A stretch of DNA of 64,000 nt from Myxococcota bacterium (GTDB lineage Bacteria; Myxococcota_A; SURF-8). Position 1 is the first letter of the stretch. Each line of letters opens with the position of its first letter. The position numbers were made by a program, and so were the translations under genes. Below, one piece after another: positions 20,671 through 32,725 of this stretch. The stretch covers positions 1,792,001 to 1,856,000 of the forward strand of contig OZ223209.1 in NCBI GenBank assembly GCA_965140415.1. The letters run 5' to 3'. The notes under the pieces were generated by a model. The model did no database searches. It had not been told where the DNA came from and worked only from the letters and a program-made list of their open reading frames with translations.

Positions 20671-21205
20671 GAATGACTTTCGTCCGGTAGGGTTTGTTAT
20701 CTCCCTGCTGCCAGCCGATGAAATTCAATGTAAGCTGCAATACCCCTTTGTTTGCCACCAGCAGGATCGGGGATTGATCGGAAATCGAAAATCCGTTCAA
20801 GCGTAACTGCTCGGCGTAAGCCTGGTGAATGACAATCAAATCCTGCTGGAACCCATAGGCGACTTCCGTATCCTGTCCGTCGCGCAGGCTGTATAGCACG
20901 TTGTATCCGTCCGGCGGTGGCAGCAGATGATGAATGTAGGCCGCCGAATGCAGGAAATCGGAGACCAGCATCAAGCCGACCAGGGGAATGATCAGAAAAA
21001 GCATTCCGGCGCTGGCCGAAAGAGAACCCCAACGCCGGGCGGAATCTCCCCGAACGACCTTCAACGCGCCTCTGGTTTGTCCGCTCAGATCCGGAGCTAG
21101 GGTGCGACCTTTGAACAGTCCGACCAATCCCGTGACCGTCATCGCCACTCCAAGCAGGGCGGTTAAGCTGAAAAGGATTGGAAGTATATATAGATAGATC
21201 ACCAT
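20639..21205 (-). CDS. Hypothetical membrane protein
   Basis: Two hydrophobic segments and a soluble C-terminus; overlaps the end of the GNAT gene by about 30 nt. Confidence 0.55.
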   Translation of the reverse strand: MVIYLYILPILFSLTALLGVAMTVTGLVGLFKGRTLAPDLSGQTRGALKVVRGDSARRWGSLSASAGMLFLIIPLVGLMLVSDFLHSAAYIHHLLPPPDGYNVLYSLRDGQDTEVAYGFQQDLIVIHQAYAEQLRLNGFSISDQSPILLVANKGVLQLTLNFIGWQQGDNKPYRTKVILTYRGGPDAW

Positions 21206-21375
21206 TGGAGTTTCTTATATTTATCCATTAACGATATGTCGATACTGATTCTTGATCGGTACAAAACCAAGTAAGCACCGCTTTAACCCGAAAAGCGCAC
21301 TCAGACTACCTTGATTTCAGCAGCTTGTAAATCATCATTTCAACTTTTCCGGTTCTCGTTGCCACACGATGCGTG

Positions 21376-23742
21376 TTACTCGCAGCCGCTATCGATTGCC
21401 TGTCCGGTCTGCTCCGTAACGGTAATGCCGCCGTCACTGGCTACGTGAATGGTCGCCACGACCTGATGCTGGCAATAGCTGCCGCTGAAGCTGCGATCGG
21501 CTGCGTAGACGGAAGCATCGGATACCTGCACCGTCAGGAAATAGTCTGCGGGTGCAAGCTGGGCGTTGTTTTCAATCACCACCTGGTATTCTCCCACGGC
21601 GGGCGTGTCGAGCGTCAACAGTTCGTGCTGGGGCGCATCCGGCGGCGTGATAAGCAGTGGATCGTCCAGGCGCAGTCCTGTTTCTCCCCAATCGGGAGCG
21701 TAAGCTGGACCGGGGCAGCCGCGAAGGGGACAGTCGCTGGCGGTATTGCGCAGGCTGCGACAGTTGGCCTTGTGGCAGTCGCTTTCGTTATCGGCGTTGT
21801 TTCGGGTGAACGTGCCATTCGGGCGAATCAGGTGCAGGTCAAGATCCGCCGCAGGATTCGACCAGGACAACGCGATTCCCAGTCGCGTTCCAAAGTGGGA
21901 AATGATCGGTTGAGTGACGCTATCGCTGTTGTTGCAGGTGTCGTTTGTGGAGCGCACCTGCAAAGCAACGGTATACGTGCTTCCCGGTAAACTGGTTGTG
22001 AACATCGGTGTGGCTTCATCGCTCCAGATGTCGCGGATGTCCTCGCCTTGGCGGTTTAGAATCGGTAATAGGGGAGTGCCGCCCGGACGATTTTGCAGGC
22101 TCCACTTGTAGGAATTGACGATGCCGTCGATGTCGCTGCTGGCAAGACCGTCGAGATACAACCGGCCACCCGGACGCAGGTAGAGGTCGCCACCCAGTGT
22201 GGCCTGGGAGCAGGGTTGCTCGGTGTCCGTCGTTAACGTAACGAAGGTTTCCTTTTGTTGCAGATCGTCCGACCACTGAATCAGCAGTTGTGTGTCGCTC
22301 GGATTGGGAACGATGCTCCCGATTCGAATGGTGGAACTCATGCCGGGATTGAGTACGGTATTGGTGAACGGCTGGTCGATCTGGAACACGGAGCCGAGCA
22401 CCTGGGCGTTAGTAATGGACATCCCGCGTTCGCCCGTGTTGATAACGGTTAAACTTACGACAGAAAGCGAACCAAAGGGAAAGCGCAAGCGTTCCGGCGA
22501 AGCCAGTCGGGCGACCGGTGGCACGGTCAGGTTCAGCGGAATATCGCGCCAGTTATTCTCGTCGTCATTGGAATGAAGGATAATGCGGTCGGCATAGATA
22601 CCGCTTTTGGAGGATCCACCGTAAACGGGTAACTCCACGCTTTCACCGGGGGCAAGTTGCAGCGGCAGAGCCGAAGGCAGCCAGAGCTGGAAAGCGCCGG
22701 GGCCGTAGCCGAAGAGATGGGCGCTGTCGATGTTCAGTGTTTCCGAGCCGTTGTTGCACAGTTGCGCCGCGTGAACGACATACTCGCCTGGAAATAACAT
22801 GCCAAACGCTAAATTGCGCCGATCCACCGACAGGCGCGGGCCTCCCGCTTGCATATCGGCCTCACAGGCAAAGGCGGCATCTGTATCGTAATCGCCATCG
22901 GCCAGACCTTCGCAGGCCGCATAGCCGTCGTGTTCCACGCATTGCTGGGGCGAGCAGTCCTGGTTGTTCCAGTTGTGCCCGTCGCAGTAAATCAACAGGT
23001 TTCCTTCGCAATAGCTGGCTTCTTCCCATTGACACTGTGGACCGCTTTCCTCTTCCATCTCCGCCGTGTCGGCTTCGAACGCATCGAGATCGGCGTCTTC
23101 ATCACCGTCCACATCGGGACCGATTTCATCCTCCAGTTCCACGAATTCCGGGTCGCCGTCGGGGATGTCTCCCACGCAGGCGGGGGGATTCTGTGAGGAA
23201 TCGCAAAAGCCGGGATCGCAGTTGTTGAAAATCCAGGTGCCGTCCCACTTGCAACTGATCAGCACATCATCGGAGCAGAAGGGCGTCATGTACGGGTCGC
23301 ACTCCGTGCCTTCTTCCGCGTCCATTTCCGGTTCTTCATCGCCGTCCGCCGGGGCGATGCATTCCGGTTCGGCACCCAGCCACTTGCAGGTTCCCGGAGA
23401 ACAATCCGTCACCTGCCAGTAATCGTTTTCTCCGCAATAATACAGCAGGCTGCCGAAGCAATACGGTGCATCGATAGAGGAGCAGCGCTCTCCCTCCGGT
23501 TCCGGGTCCATGTCTGCATCGGTTTCGATATCGGTTTCCGCATCGCCATCGGATGCGTTTGCTTCCTCTGTCTCCGCGTCGCCGTCCGGTATCGCGTCTC
23601 CGTCCGGGGATGTCTCGTCTAAATCGCCATTCTGATCGCCGTCGGTCGGTGGGTTTTGGTCCGACGATCCGCCGCAGGCGGAAATGCTGATCGAGAGGAT
23701 GAAAAGCAGCATGAAATAGCAAAACTGTCGGCAGAAATTCAT
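21376..23742 (-). CDS. Lipoprotein with DGD repeats, Cys-rich repeats, choice-of-anchor-D/Ig-like and PKD-like domains, and a DLDLH C-terminal domain
   Basis: Lipobox ISACGG; many DGD motifs; three C-x-G/D-x-x-L-x-x-C repeats; CNNGSETLNI; LDGLASSDIDGIVNSYKW; LSWSNPAADLDLHL. Confidence 0.8.
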   Translation of the reverse strand: MNFCRQFCYFMLLFILSISISACGGSSDQNPPTDGDQNGDLDETSPDGDAIPDGDAETEEANASDGDAETDIETDADMDPEPEGERCSSIDAPYCFGSLLYYCGENDYWQVTDCSPGTCKWLGAEPECIAPADGDEEPEMDAEEGTECDPYMTPFCSDDVLISCKWDGTWIFNNCDPGFCDSSQNPPACVGDIPDGDPEFVELEDEIGPDVDGDEDADLDAFEADTAEMEEESGPQCQWEEASYCEGNLLIYCDGHNWNNQDCSPQQCVEHDGYAACEGLADGDYDTDAAFACEADMQAGGPRLSVDRRNLAFGMLFPGEYVVHAAQLCNNGSETLNIDSAHLFGYGPGAFQLWLPSALPLQLAPGESVELPVYGGSSKSGIYADRIILHSNDDENNWRDIPLNLTVPPVARLASPERLRFPFGSLSVVSLTVINTGERGMSITNAQVLGSVFQIDQPFTNTVLNPGMSSTIRIGSIVPNPSDTQLLIQWSDDLQQKETFVTLTTDTEQPCSQATLGGDLYLRPGGRLYLDGLASSDIDGIVNSYKWSLQNRPGGTPLLPILNRQGEDIRDIWSDEATPMFTTSLPGSTYTVALQVRSTNDTCNNSDSVTQPIISHFGTRLGIALSWSNPAADLDLHLIRPNGTFTRNNADNESDCHKANCRSLRNTASDCPLRGCPGPAYAPDWGETGLRLDDPLLITPPDAPQHELLTLDTPAVGEYQVVIENNAQLAPADYFLTVQVSDASVYAADRSFSGSYCQHQVVATIHVASDGGITVTEQTGQAIDSGCE

Positions 23743-23827
23743 TGCACGCCTCGCAGGTTATTCACGTTCATTCGTTCATTGTAACCAAGAGTGGGGAAAA
23801 ATACGTAGGAAAAATGCCGGATCGCTT

Positions 23828-24964
23828 CTATTTTCCGCGCAGCGCCATCAGCGTTTCTTTCATCGAATAGCGCGGGCTGAAGTCCATGTCCCGTTTCGCG
23901 CGGGAGCCGTCTACATTGCAGATGAAGCGGGCGTAGTCCACTTCCGGCGCAGGGAAATCGGACAGTTTGAAGTCCCAGAGCTTGGCCATCAGGTATTTTA
24001 CCAATGGATGCGGAATGGAAATCGAACGTTTTCCAAGCGTTTTGATAATCGAAGACAGCGGTGCTCCGGTGGGACCGATGATGTTGTAAATACCTTTAAC
24101 ACCCGGTTTCATGGCCAGTACCAGGGCTTCGACGACGTCTTCCTCGTGGATGATCTGCAACACCGGGTCGAAGCCTAGTAATCTTGGGATCATGTCCATC
24201 CGCAAATAGTTGGTGATGCCGTTGCGCATGTTGGGACCGACAACATGCACCGGGCGCAGAATGACGGATTCGATCTCCGAATGCTTCCAGAAAAAGCTTT
24301 GACCCAGCATATCCAGTTCGATCAGGTCGCGAATGTGGGGGAATTTGTGACCCGCCAATAGCGGTGCATCTTCGGTCAGAAATACCGGGTTGTTCGGATG
24401 CGGACCGTAAATGTTGGCGCTGCTTAAAAGAATCATTTTGGGCACCTGGTAACGCTGGCAGTAGTCCAGGATTTTGGTGGTGCCCATGACGTTGAAATTC
24501 TGGTGTTCCTCTCCGAATTTTCGAGGATTGTGATGCATGCCCAGATGATAAACGGCCTGGAAATTATGGTTGCGGAACAGATCCTCGCAACGCTTCTTGC
24601 GGATGTCGATATGATGGACCACCACATCTTTGGGCAGGCCACGGAAGGGGCGCATGTCCACCCCATGCACTTCGGCGATGCGGTGCAGGCGCTTGGCCAG
24701 CAGTCGTCCCAGATTTCCAGAGATGCCGGTTACCAGTACTTTGGGTCGTGAAGTTCGCTTTTTGCTGGAGGGTTTCGGAGGTGCCGGTTTTTGGGCCACG
24801 GCTTTTTTCGTAGACGGCTTTGCGGCTCGTTTCCGTTTCGGCTTGCTCGTTGCTGCTGTTTCTGTTTGCGGTTGTTCTTCATTCAAACTCTGGATGACCG
24901 CTTGCGTACTGATCGTTCCTTTCGGCAGGCGATCCGTTTTCGAAGATTTCTTGGCTCTGGCCAT
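23828..24964 (-). CDS. Extended SDR, NAD-dependent epimerase/dehydratase
   Basis: VLVTGISGNLG, NVMGT, LSSANIYG, VILRP; Lys-rich N-terminal extension. Confidence 0.88.
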   Translation of the reverse strand: MARAKKSSKTDRLPKGTISTQAVIQSLNEEQPQTETAATSKPKRKRAAKPSTKKAVAQKPAPPKPSSKKRTSRPKVLVTGISGNLGRLLAKRLHRIAEVHGVDMRPFRGLPKDVVVHHIDIRKKRCEDLFRNHNFQAVYHLGMHHNPRKFGEEHQNFNVMGTTKILDYCQRYQVPKMILLSSANIYGPHPNNPVFLTEDAPLLAGHKFPHIRDLIELDMLGQSFFWKHSEIESVILRPVHVVGPNMRNGITNYLRMDMIPRLLGFDPVLQIIHEEDVVEALVLAMKPGVKGIYNIIGPTGAPLSSIIKTLGKRSISIPHPLVKYLMAKLWDFKLSDFPAPEVDYARFICNVDGSRAKRDMDFSPRYSMKETLMALRGK

Positions 24965-24985
24965 CGTTTCCACCCCGCTCTTTCG

Positions 24986-25852
24986 TTACCAGAAAATGGC
25001 CCGGCGCTTTTTCAACCCGTAGGTGAGCATCGACTGGATGACTTGCTGAACTTCCGAAACTTTTCGTTCGATGACGATATCTTCGTCGTTGGCGTCGCCC
25101 TCGAAATGCATGGGTTCGCCAAAGTAGATACGGTATTTGGTCGGAAGCGGTAGCCAGCCCAATACCGGCACCAGCAGTTGCGGCAGCATCGGTACGGCGG
25201 GCATGTTCATCAGTTTCGCCAGCGTCTTGAAGTTGCCGAAGGAGGGGAGTTGCTCTTCCGCTCCCACCACGGCGATCGGAACGATGGGGGTATTGGTTTC
25301 CAGCGCCAGGCGCATGAAGCCGGGACCGAATTTGACCAGCTTGTAGCGGTTCCAGAAAAACTTGTTGATACCGCGCGTTCCTTCCGGGAAAACAAGCAGT
25401 GCTTCGTCGCGTTCCAATAACGCTCGTGCGTTTTCCGGCGTTCCCAGAATCTGACCGACGCGCGTGAGGAAGGTGCTGACAAACGGCAGGGTGGGAACCC
25501 AGCGATCCACCATCGAGCGCAAGGCGCGGGGCGGATTGCCTTCCAGAATCAGCGACAGCCCGATCATCACGCCGTCTAAAGGAATTTGGCCGGAGTGGTT
25601 CGAAATCAGCAGTACGCGACCTTCCGGCACGTTCTCGATGCCGCTGATTTCCACCCGGAAATAGTATTTGTATATGGATGCGGCGATGGGCAGCGCCACC
25701 TTCACCCATTCCGGTGAAAAACCGAAATCGTCGAAGCCGAATTCGTTGAGCTTGGTGGGTAGTGCCTTGATCTGTTCGTCGTATTTGCCGCCAGGCGGCT
25801 CTTCCATCCATTCTCGCAATACGGTTTGCAGTTGCCTGAGCCTATCGGCCAC
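24986..25852 (-). CDS. Lysophospholipid acyltransferase (PlsC-like family)
   Basis: NHSGQIPLD (HxxxxD-type) and FPEGTRG motifs; likely GTG start at 25852 after GGAGG. Confidence 0.9.
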   Translation of the reverse strand: MADRLRQLQTVLREWMEEPPGGKYDEQIKALPTKLNEFGFDDFGFSPEWVKVALPIAASIYKYYFRVEISGIENVPEGRVLLISNHSGQIPLDGVMIGLSLILEGNPPRALRSMVDRWVPTLPFVSTFLTRVGQILGTPENARALLERDEALLVFPEGTRGINKFFWNRYKLVKFGPGFMRLALETNTPIVPIAVVGAEEQLPSFGNFKTLAKLMNMPAVPMLPQLLVPVLGWLPLPTKYRIYFGEPMHFEGDANDEDIVIERKVSEVQQVIQSMLTYGLKKRRAIFW

Positions 25853-26783
25853 TCGTTGCCTCCATCTCCAGGATATCCACTGCCTCTTGCTGCGTGACGA
25901 CATGACGGGTCGCTTTCAGGGTTTCGAACACGCGCCGGAACAGACGCTCTTTCTCCTCCCAGCTCACGGCCACATCCGGCTGCTTGAGCAATGCTGGCTC
26001 CAAGCCGTCGGCGCGACCGTCCATGAAGTCCATCGCGTGCAGCTCCAATACCAGGCAGCGTGAGTTCAGCGACAGCATCTTATAAAATGACGGGAACCAT
26101 CGTTCACCGCCCATTATAAGGAAAGATCCCAGAAATGGAAAGCGGAAAAGGGGACTTGTCGAAATCGGCAGTTCCCACAAGGAGGTCGCCCCGCGCTTCC
26201 AATAGTGGTGCAGGTTGGGGCGATACGGGTTCAACGGGGCCAGCAGTACCTCCGGTCCGCCCAGCAGACTGTGCGAGGATTTCCCGCGTGCGGCCATGGT
26301 GGCCAGTACACCGGCTTTGGTCAGATAGTATGGGGTGCAGGGGAAAACGGAACTGTCGTAGCGGTGCCCGCTTTTAGCGATGGTCTGCAATAGTTGCGGC
26401 GTCAGGTTGTAGCCCGGCGCGCGAAATCCAACGACTTCCCGTCCGGTGACCTGCTCGATGGTCTGTTTGCCCTCTTCGACTTCGCGTGTCATTTCCGGAC
26501 CGGAAAGCTGTGTAAGCCGATAGGGGTGGCTGTAGCTGTGATTGGCGATTTCCCAGCCTGCGTCGGACAGGTACTTGAGCAGGCGCGCATTGCCCGCCAT
26601 CTGTATGTCCTGGCCCACCACGAACAGCGTGCCGCGCAGGTCCAGTTCTTCCATGAGATTGACGAAGCGCTCCAGCCCCACTTCATACAGGCTGTTGTCT
26701 TCCTTGTCCTGTTCCAGGTCGTAAATGCCCTGATAGCAGTACAGTGAATCGACGTCGATGCTGATACAGGCTTGGCGGCTCAT
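25842..26783 (-). CDS. Polysaccharide deacetylase (CE4/NodB-like)
   Basis: SIDVD, TLFVVG, EIANHSYSH, GFRAPGY, YDSS. Confidence 0.9.
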   Translation of the reverse strand: MSRQACISIDVDSLYCYQGIYDLEQDKEDNSLYEVGLERFVNLMEELDLRGTLFVVGQDIQMAGNARLLKYLSDAGWEIANHSYSHPYRLTQLSGPEMTREVEEGKQTIEQVTGREVVGFRAPGYNLTPQLLQTIAKSGHRYDSSVFPCTPYYLTKAGVLATMAARGKSSHSLLGGPEVLLAPLNPYRPNLHHYWKRGATSLWELPISTSPLFRFPFLGSFLIMGGERWFPSFYKMLSLNSRCLVLELHAMDFMDGRADGLEPALLKQPDVAVSWEEKERLFRRVFETLKATRHVVTQQEAVDILEMEATSGR

Positions 26784-26798
26784 TTGTCCGTCCCCCAA

Positions 26799-27632
26799 TC
26801 AGCCTTTGACGCGAACCAGGTAAATCAGGCGGGTCAGATCTTTAAGCGCTTTGGGAACCCGGCGATACAGGTTGATCGACGGTGCGCGCATCTCACGCAC
26901 TTTCAGCGGCACTTCCGTTACGCGGAAACCCTGCCGCTCCGCGCGGATCACGAATTCGCTGGCGAACAGATCTTTTTCCAGCTTGCATTCGTCCACGACC
27001 TTGATCAGGCGCTTGCGGTTGAAGGTTTTCAAACCGTGCGTGTCGGTGCCTTTGAAACCCACGCCATAGCGCAACATGCCGTTTAGCACGCGCGTGGCTA
27101 CGCGACGTCCCAGCGGGCGCTCGTCCTGCGACTCGGCCAGGGCTTTACTGCCCACCACCATGTCGGCCTGGTCGTTTTTAAGCAGGCCCAATGCCGTTTC
27201 GTAGAAGTTCACGTCGCCCAGATCGATTTCGTCGCATACGACATACGCGCCGCGCGCATTTAAAATGCCGTTTCTAAGCGCCGCCCCGTAATTGGGTTCG
27301 GGATGATGCAGCAGGCGGATGAAATCGTATTTTTCAACCAACTGGTTGGCGAGCATCACGGTGCTGTCGGTCGAACCGTTTTCGGTGATGATGATCTCGT
27401 AATCGTAGTCTAAGCGATTCAGTTTCGCCACCAGTTGTTCCACGCTGCCGTAAATGATCAGCTCTTCGTTGAAAACGGGAATCACCACGGAGAGCATCGG
27501 CGTAGACGATTTCTTGACCACCGGCTTTTCATGCTTTACTGCTTTCTTTGCCTTGCTCTTGCTTTTGCTCTTATCTTTGCTCTTGTCTTTGCTTTTGGCC
27601 TTCGTGGTTTCTTTTTCTTTGTGACTGCTCAT
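26799..27632 (-). CDS. GT2 glycosyltransferase (polyprenol-phosphate glycosyltransferase-like)
   Basis: LSVVIPVFNEE, ENGSTDST, DMVVGSK, DTHGLK. Start placed at ATG 27632 (AGAGG RBS) to avoid overlap with the upstream gene. Confidence 0.9.
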   Translation of the reverse strand: MSSHKEKETTKAKSKDKSKDKSKSKSKAKKAVKHEKPVVKKSSTPMLSVVIPVFNEELIIYGSVEQLVAKLNRLDYDYEIIITENGSTDSTVMLANQLVEKYDFIRLLHHPEPNYGAALRNGILNARGAYVVCDEIDLGDVNFYETALGLLKNDQADMVVGSKALAESQDERPLGRRVATRVLNGMLRYGVGFKGTDTHGLKTFNRKRLIKVVDECKLEKDLFASEFVIRAERQGFRVTEVPLKVREMRAPSINLYRRVPKALKDLTRLIYLVRVKG

Positions 27633-27652
27633 CGGACTGCCTCTTTGTGTCG

Positions 27653-28948
27653 TTAGCGGTTGGAGCGGATCGTTTGTGCGGCCTCGCGACCGTCGATCAA
27701 CGCGGTTTCCATTGAATTGTAGGTCCAGCGGCCATAGCGACCGATGGACTGAATGCCGTTCTTGTTCAGCCAGGGATGCAGAATAGACAGGCTCTTTTCG
27801 TAGTGCTTGTCGAACACCACGTAGGCGTAAGGGATGTTGCGCGCCTCGTGGAAGAGGACGTCGTCCTGGCTCTTGATAACGCGCGCCTGGATCAGCCCCT
27901 TGACGGTGCGGTTCCACAGCGTCCGTTTGGACGGCAGGTTCCCGCGATGGCTGATTTCCACGTACAGGCTGCTCTTGCCGCGCGGAGCCATGCTGGGCAC
28001 GGCGTTGGAATAGCACCCGGCACGATAGAACGCGAAGGGCTTTTCCGGGAAGTAAATCCAGTGCGACGGAGAACCGGCCTTCCGGTTCAGGGCGATGTTG
28101 TAATAGAACACCTGGTTGTGCAGCAGCTTCGTTGCCGCGTTCTGCACGGTTTTGGGTGCATCCGCCAACAGTTTGATCAGTTCGGGCAAGGGCAGGCTGG
28201 AAACCAGGTTGTTGTAGCCGATGGTCTCGCCGTTACTTAGCTCGATTTTCTTTTTCTTGGCGTAAATGCGCACCGGTTCGGTTTTGTACTGCACGTGATT
28301 GCCATCCAGCGCGGCGGCCAGATTTTTACTCAGTTCACCGATGCCACCGGTTTTCGGATACACGAACCCGGCGTTGTAGCCGATGGTTTCCTCCGGTTTG
28401 CGCAGCGCGCCATCCAGTAATTGATCCAAGGTCGGTTTGGGCACGTAATGCTGGCACCAGTGCGGCGTCATATCGCGCGGATGGGTACACCACAGCTTCT
28501 CGTTGTAAGGAATCATGAAATGCTTGGCGATGCCCGCGCCCATGTGTTTGAGCACCCATTCCTCAAAGCTCTTCGGTTCGGAAGAACTGGGGTTGTGATA
28601 CACCGCTTCCACGAAACCGGCGATGATCTCCTTGATCACGTCCACCGGCAAACCGTAAGTGTTCGTTTGGAAGGGGTAGTATGTATAGACGTCCTTGCTG
28701 AAAATGCGCGAGTCGCGCACCACGTTTACAAGGCGTTTACCCATCAAATCCGTCACCATGCGGCGAATGCCGTCATCGCGCATGTGCAGCCAGTGACCGG
28801 TGACATCGAAATGAAAGCCGTCGCGATTGTGCGTCACGACCAGCCCGCCCGGATGCGCTTCGCGTTCGATGATTTCGTAATCGTCACCCAGGTGATACGC
28901 CGTTGACATACCGGCCAGCCCGGCTCCTAGAATAACTGTCTCTCGCAT
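27653..28948 (-). CDS. FAD-dependent oxidoreductase (protoporphyrinogen oxidase/UDP-galactopyranose-mutase-like)
   Basis: ILGAGLAG, GGL...GFHFDVTGHWLH, PYNEKLW, FVYPKTGGIG, PYAYVVFD, GRYGRWTYNSM. Confidence 0.8.
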   Translation of the reverse strand: MRETVILGAGLAGMSTAYHLGDDYEIIEREAHPGGLVVTHNRDGFHFDVTGHWLHMRDDGIRRMVTDLMGKRLVNVVRDSRIFSKDVYTYYPFQTNTYGLPVDVIKEIIAGFVEAVYHNPSSSEPKSFEEWVLKHMGAGIAKHFMIPYNEKLWCTHPRDMTPHWCQHYVPKPTLDQLLDGALRKPEETIGYNAGFVYPKTGGIGELSKNLAAALDGNHVQYKTEPVRIYAKKKKIELSNGETIGYNNLVSSLPLPELIKLLADAPKTVQNAATKLLHNQVFYYNIALNRKAGSPSHWIYFPEKPFAFYRAGCYSNAVPSMAPRGKSSLYVEISHRGNLPSKRTLWNRTVKGLIQARVIKSQDDVLFHEARNIPYAYVVFDKHYEKSLSILHPWLNKNGIQSIGRYGRWTYNSMETALIDGREAAQTIRSNR

Positions 28949-29271
28949 TGCAACTCCGACCCGTTTTTGATCGTTTCAAGCGGTTTCTAAACGTCACAAC
29001 ATTGGGGGCCGATTACTACCATGGCAAACGGGAAAAATCCAGTGAAAAACGTAGCGATCAAAGGCGTTATGCATCGACAAAGCCGTGGTGGTTCCGCCTT
29101 TCCGTTGTTTTGTGCGGCAGCGATTGGGAAGCGCCGATATCGCTTTTGCTCGTGAACAAATCGTATCGCCAATACGACACATGGGGATAGGAAGAAATTC
29201 ATAGCGGCGGCATATGGCGAGGCTGTGGCGGAAGCGGCAAAAGCAGGCTGCGTATTCTTTTGCTTTTTTGC

Positions 29272-29326
29272 TTGACCTTGTTGTCAAGGTTAATATAATC
29301 CACTTAATGTATACGTAGGACATACA
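29272..29326 (+). promoter_or_regulatory. Promoter and probable GntR autoregulatory operator
   Basis: TTGACC-16 nt-TATAAT at 29272-29299, followed by the palindrome TGTAT-N9-ATACA at 29308-29326. Confidence 0.6.
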
Positions 29327-29351
29327 AGGCGCAGGGAAGGGAGTCGAGAAT

Positions 29352-29735
29352 ATGAATGACTACAGCATCGAGCCCGGTTCTCGGGTACCGTTGATGCATC
29401 AAGTTGCCCGTCAGATTCGAGCCAGCATCGCACGCGGTGATCTGGTCATCGGTGATTATCTGCCCTCCGTTCGGGAGTTGGGACGGTCGTTGCAGATCAA
29501 CTTCAATACGGTGGCGAAAGCGTATCGATTGCTGGAGCGCGAAGACCTGATCGATATCAAGCATGGCCTGGGCGCGCGGGTGAAAAACGTGACCGTGGAG
29601 AGCCAGGAAAACAAGGGGCAGAAGCACTTGTTGTCGGAACTGGAAGAAGTAATTTGTCAGCTCACGCTTTCCGGAGCCAATCAGGAAGAGGTGGTGGATT
29701 TCTTCGCCGAGGCGATCGGACGGCATTACAGCTAG
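29352..29735 (+). CDS. GntR-family regulator (YtrA subfamily)
   Basis: LPSVRELGRSLQINFNTVAKAYRLLEREDLI; short C-terminal domain. Confidence 0.92.
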   Translation: MNDYSIEPGSRVPLMHQVARQIRASIARGDLVIGDYLPSVRELGRSLQINFNTVAKAYRLLEREDLIDIKHGLGARVKNVTVESQENKGQKHLLSELEEVICQLTLSGANQEEVVDFFAEAIGRHYS

Positions 29736-30027
29736 TCGTATTCTCTGAAACTCCAGTAAAATCATTGCGTTAGACTTGTTTTTGTAAGTCGTGGGGTCGG
29801 TGCGTGGAATGTGGCACGTGCCATTGGTGACGCTTGTTTTGCCGGTCGGAAAACGCAGTTCGAAAACAGGAATCGAAGCCGGTTTTTTCTTGTGTAAAAG
29901 TCGTGTAATAACAGCATGTTAGGTGCTGTTCAGAATGCGTTTTTTCCTTTACAACTTCCGGTAAATATGGTACAAATATTCTAAATGGAGCGTAATTCTC
30001 CAACCTGTTGTTTTTACTTCATATTAA

Positions 30028-32469
<2,442 letters not shown>

Positions 32470-32490
32470 TTTCAATCTGAAAACGAAATC

Positions 32491-32531
32491 AAAACCGGAA
32501 GTTCGATCTTGCATCGGCTTCCGGTTTTTTT
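32491..32531 (+). terminator. Intrinsic terminator after gyrB
   Basis: AACCGGAAG...CTTCCGGTT stem followed by a T-run. Confidence 0.85.
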
Positions 32532-32572
32532 GTGTTTGCTGAGTGTGTATTATTTAAAATGGCTAAAGTCAA

Positions 32573-32666
32573 GGGTGCCACGGCCTTTCGCCTGTAAGGC
32601 GAATGACCGTGCAAATTTTATGATTCCGGGCAATCGATTCGTACCAAATCGAAGACCCGGGCACCC
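32573..32666. repeat. REPIN-like element (GGGTGCC...GGCACCC) with two internal hairpins
   Basis: Terminal inverted repeats GGGTGCC/GGCACCC; hairpins ACGG..TTCGCC-TGTA-AGGCGAA..CCGT and CCGGG..TCGATT..AATCGA..CCCGG. Confidence 0.65.
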
Positions 32667-32725
32667 AACTAATAATGAATTCTAGACTAGGTATCAGTCA
32701 TATTTAGCCACTGATTCTAAGAATT

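Noticed and set aside
27633-28016. Extended N-terminus of the GT2 ORF in the track
   Set aside because: It overlaps the upstream oxidoreductase; a better start with an RBS lies at 27632.
29812-29828. TGGCAC motif as a sigma54 promoter upstream of gyrB
   Set aside because: No TTGC at the required -12 spacing.
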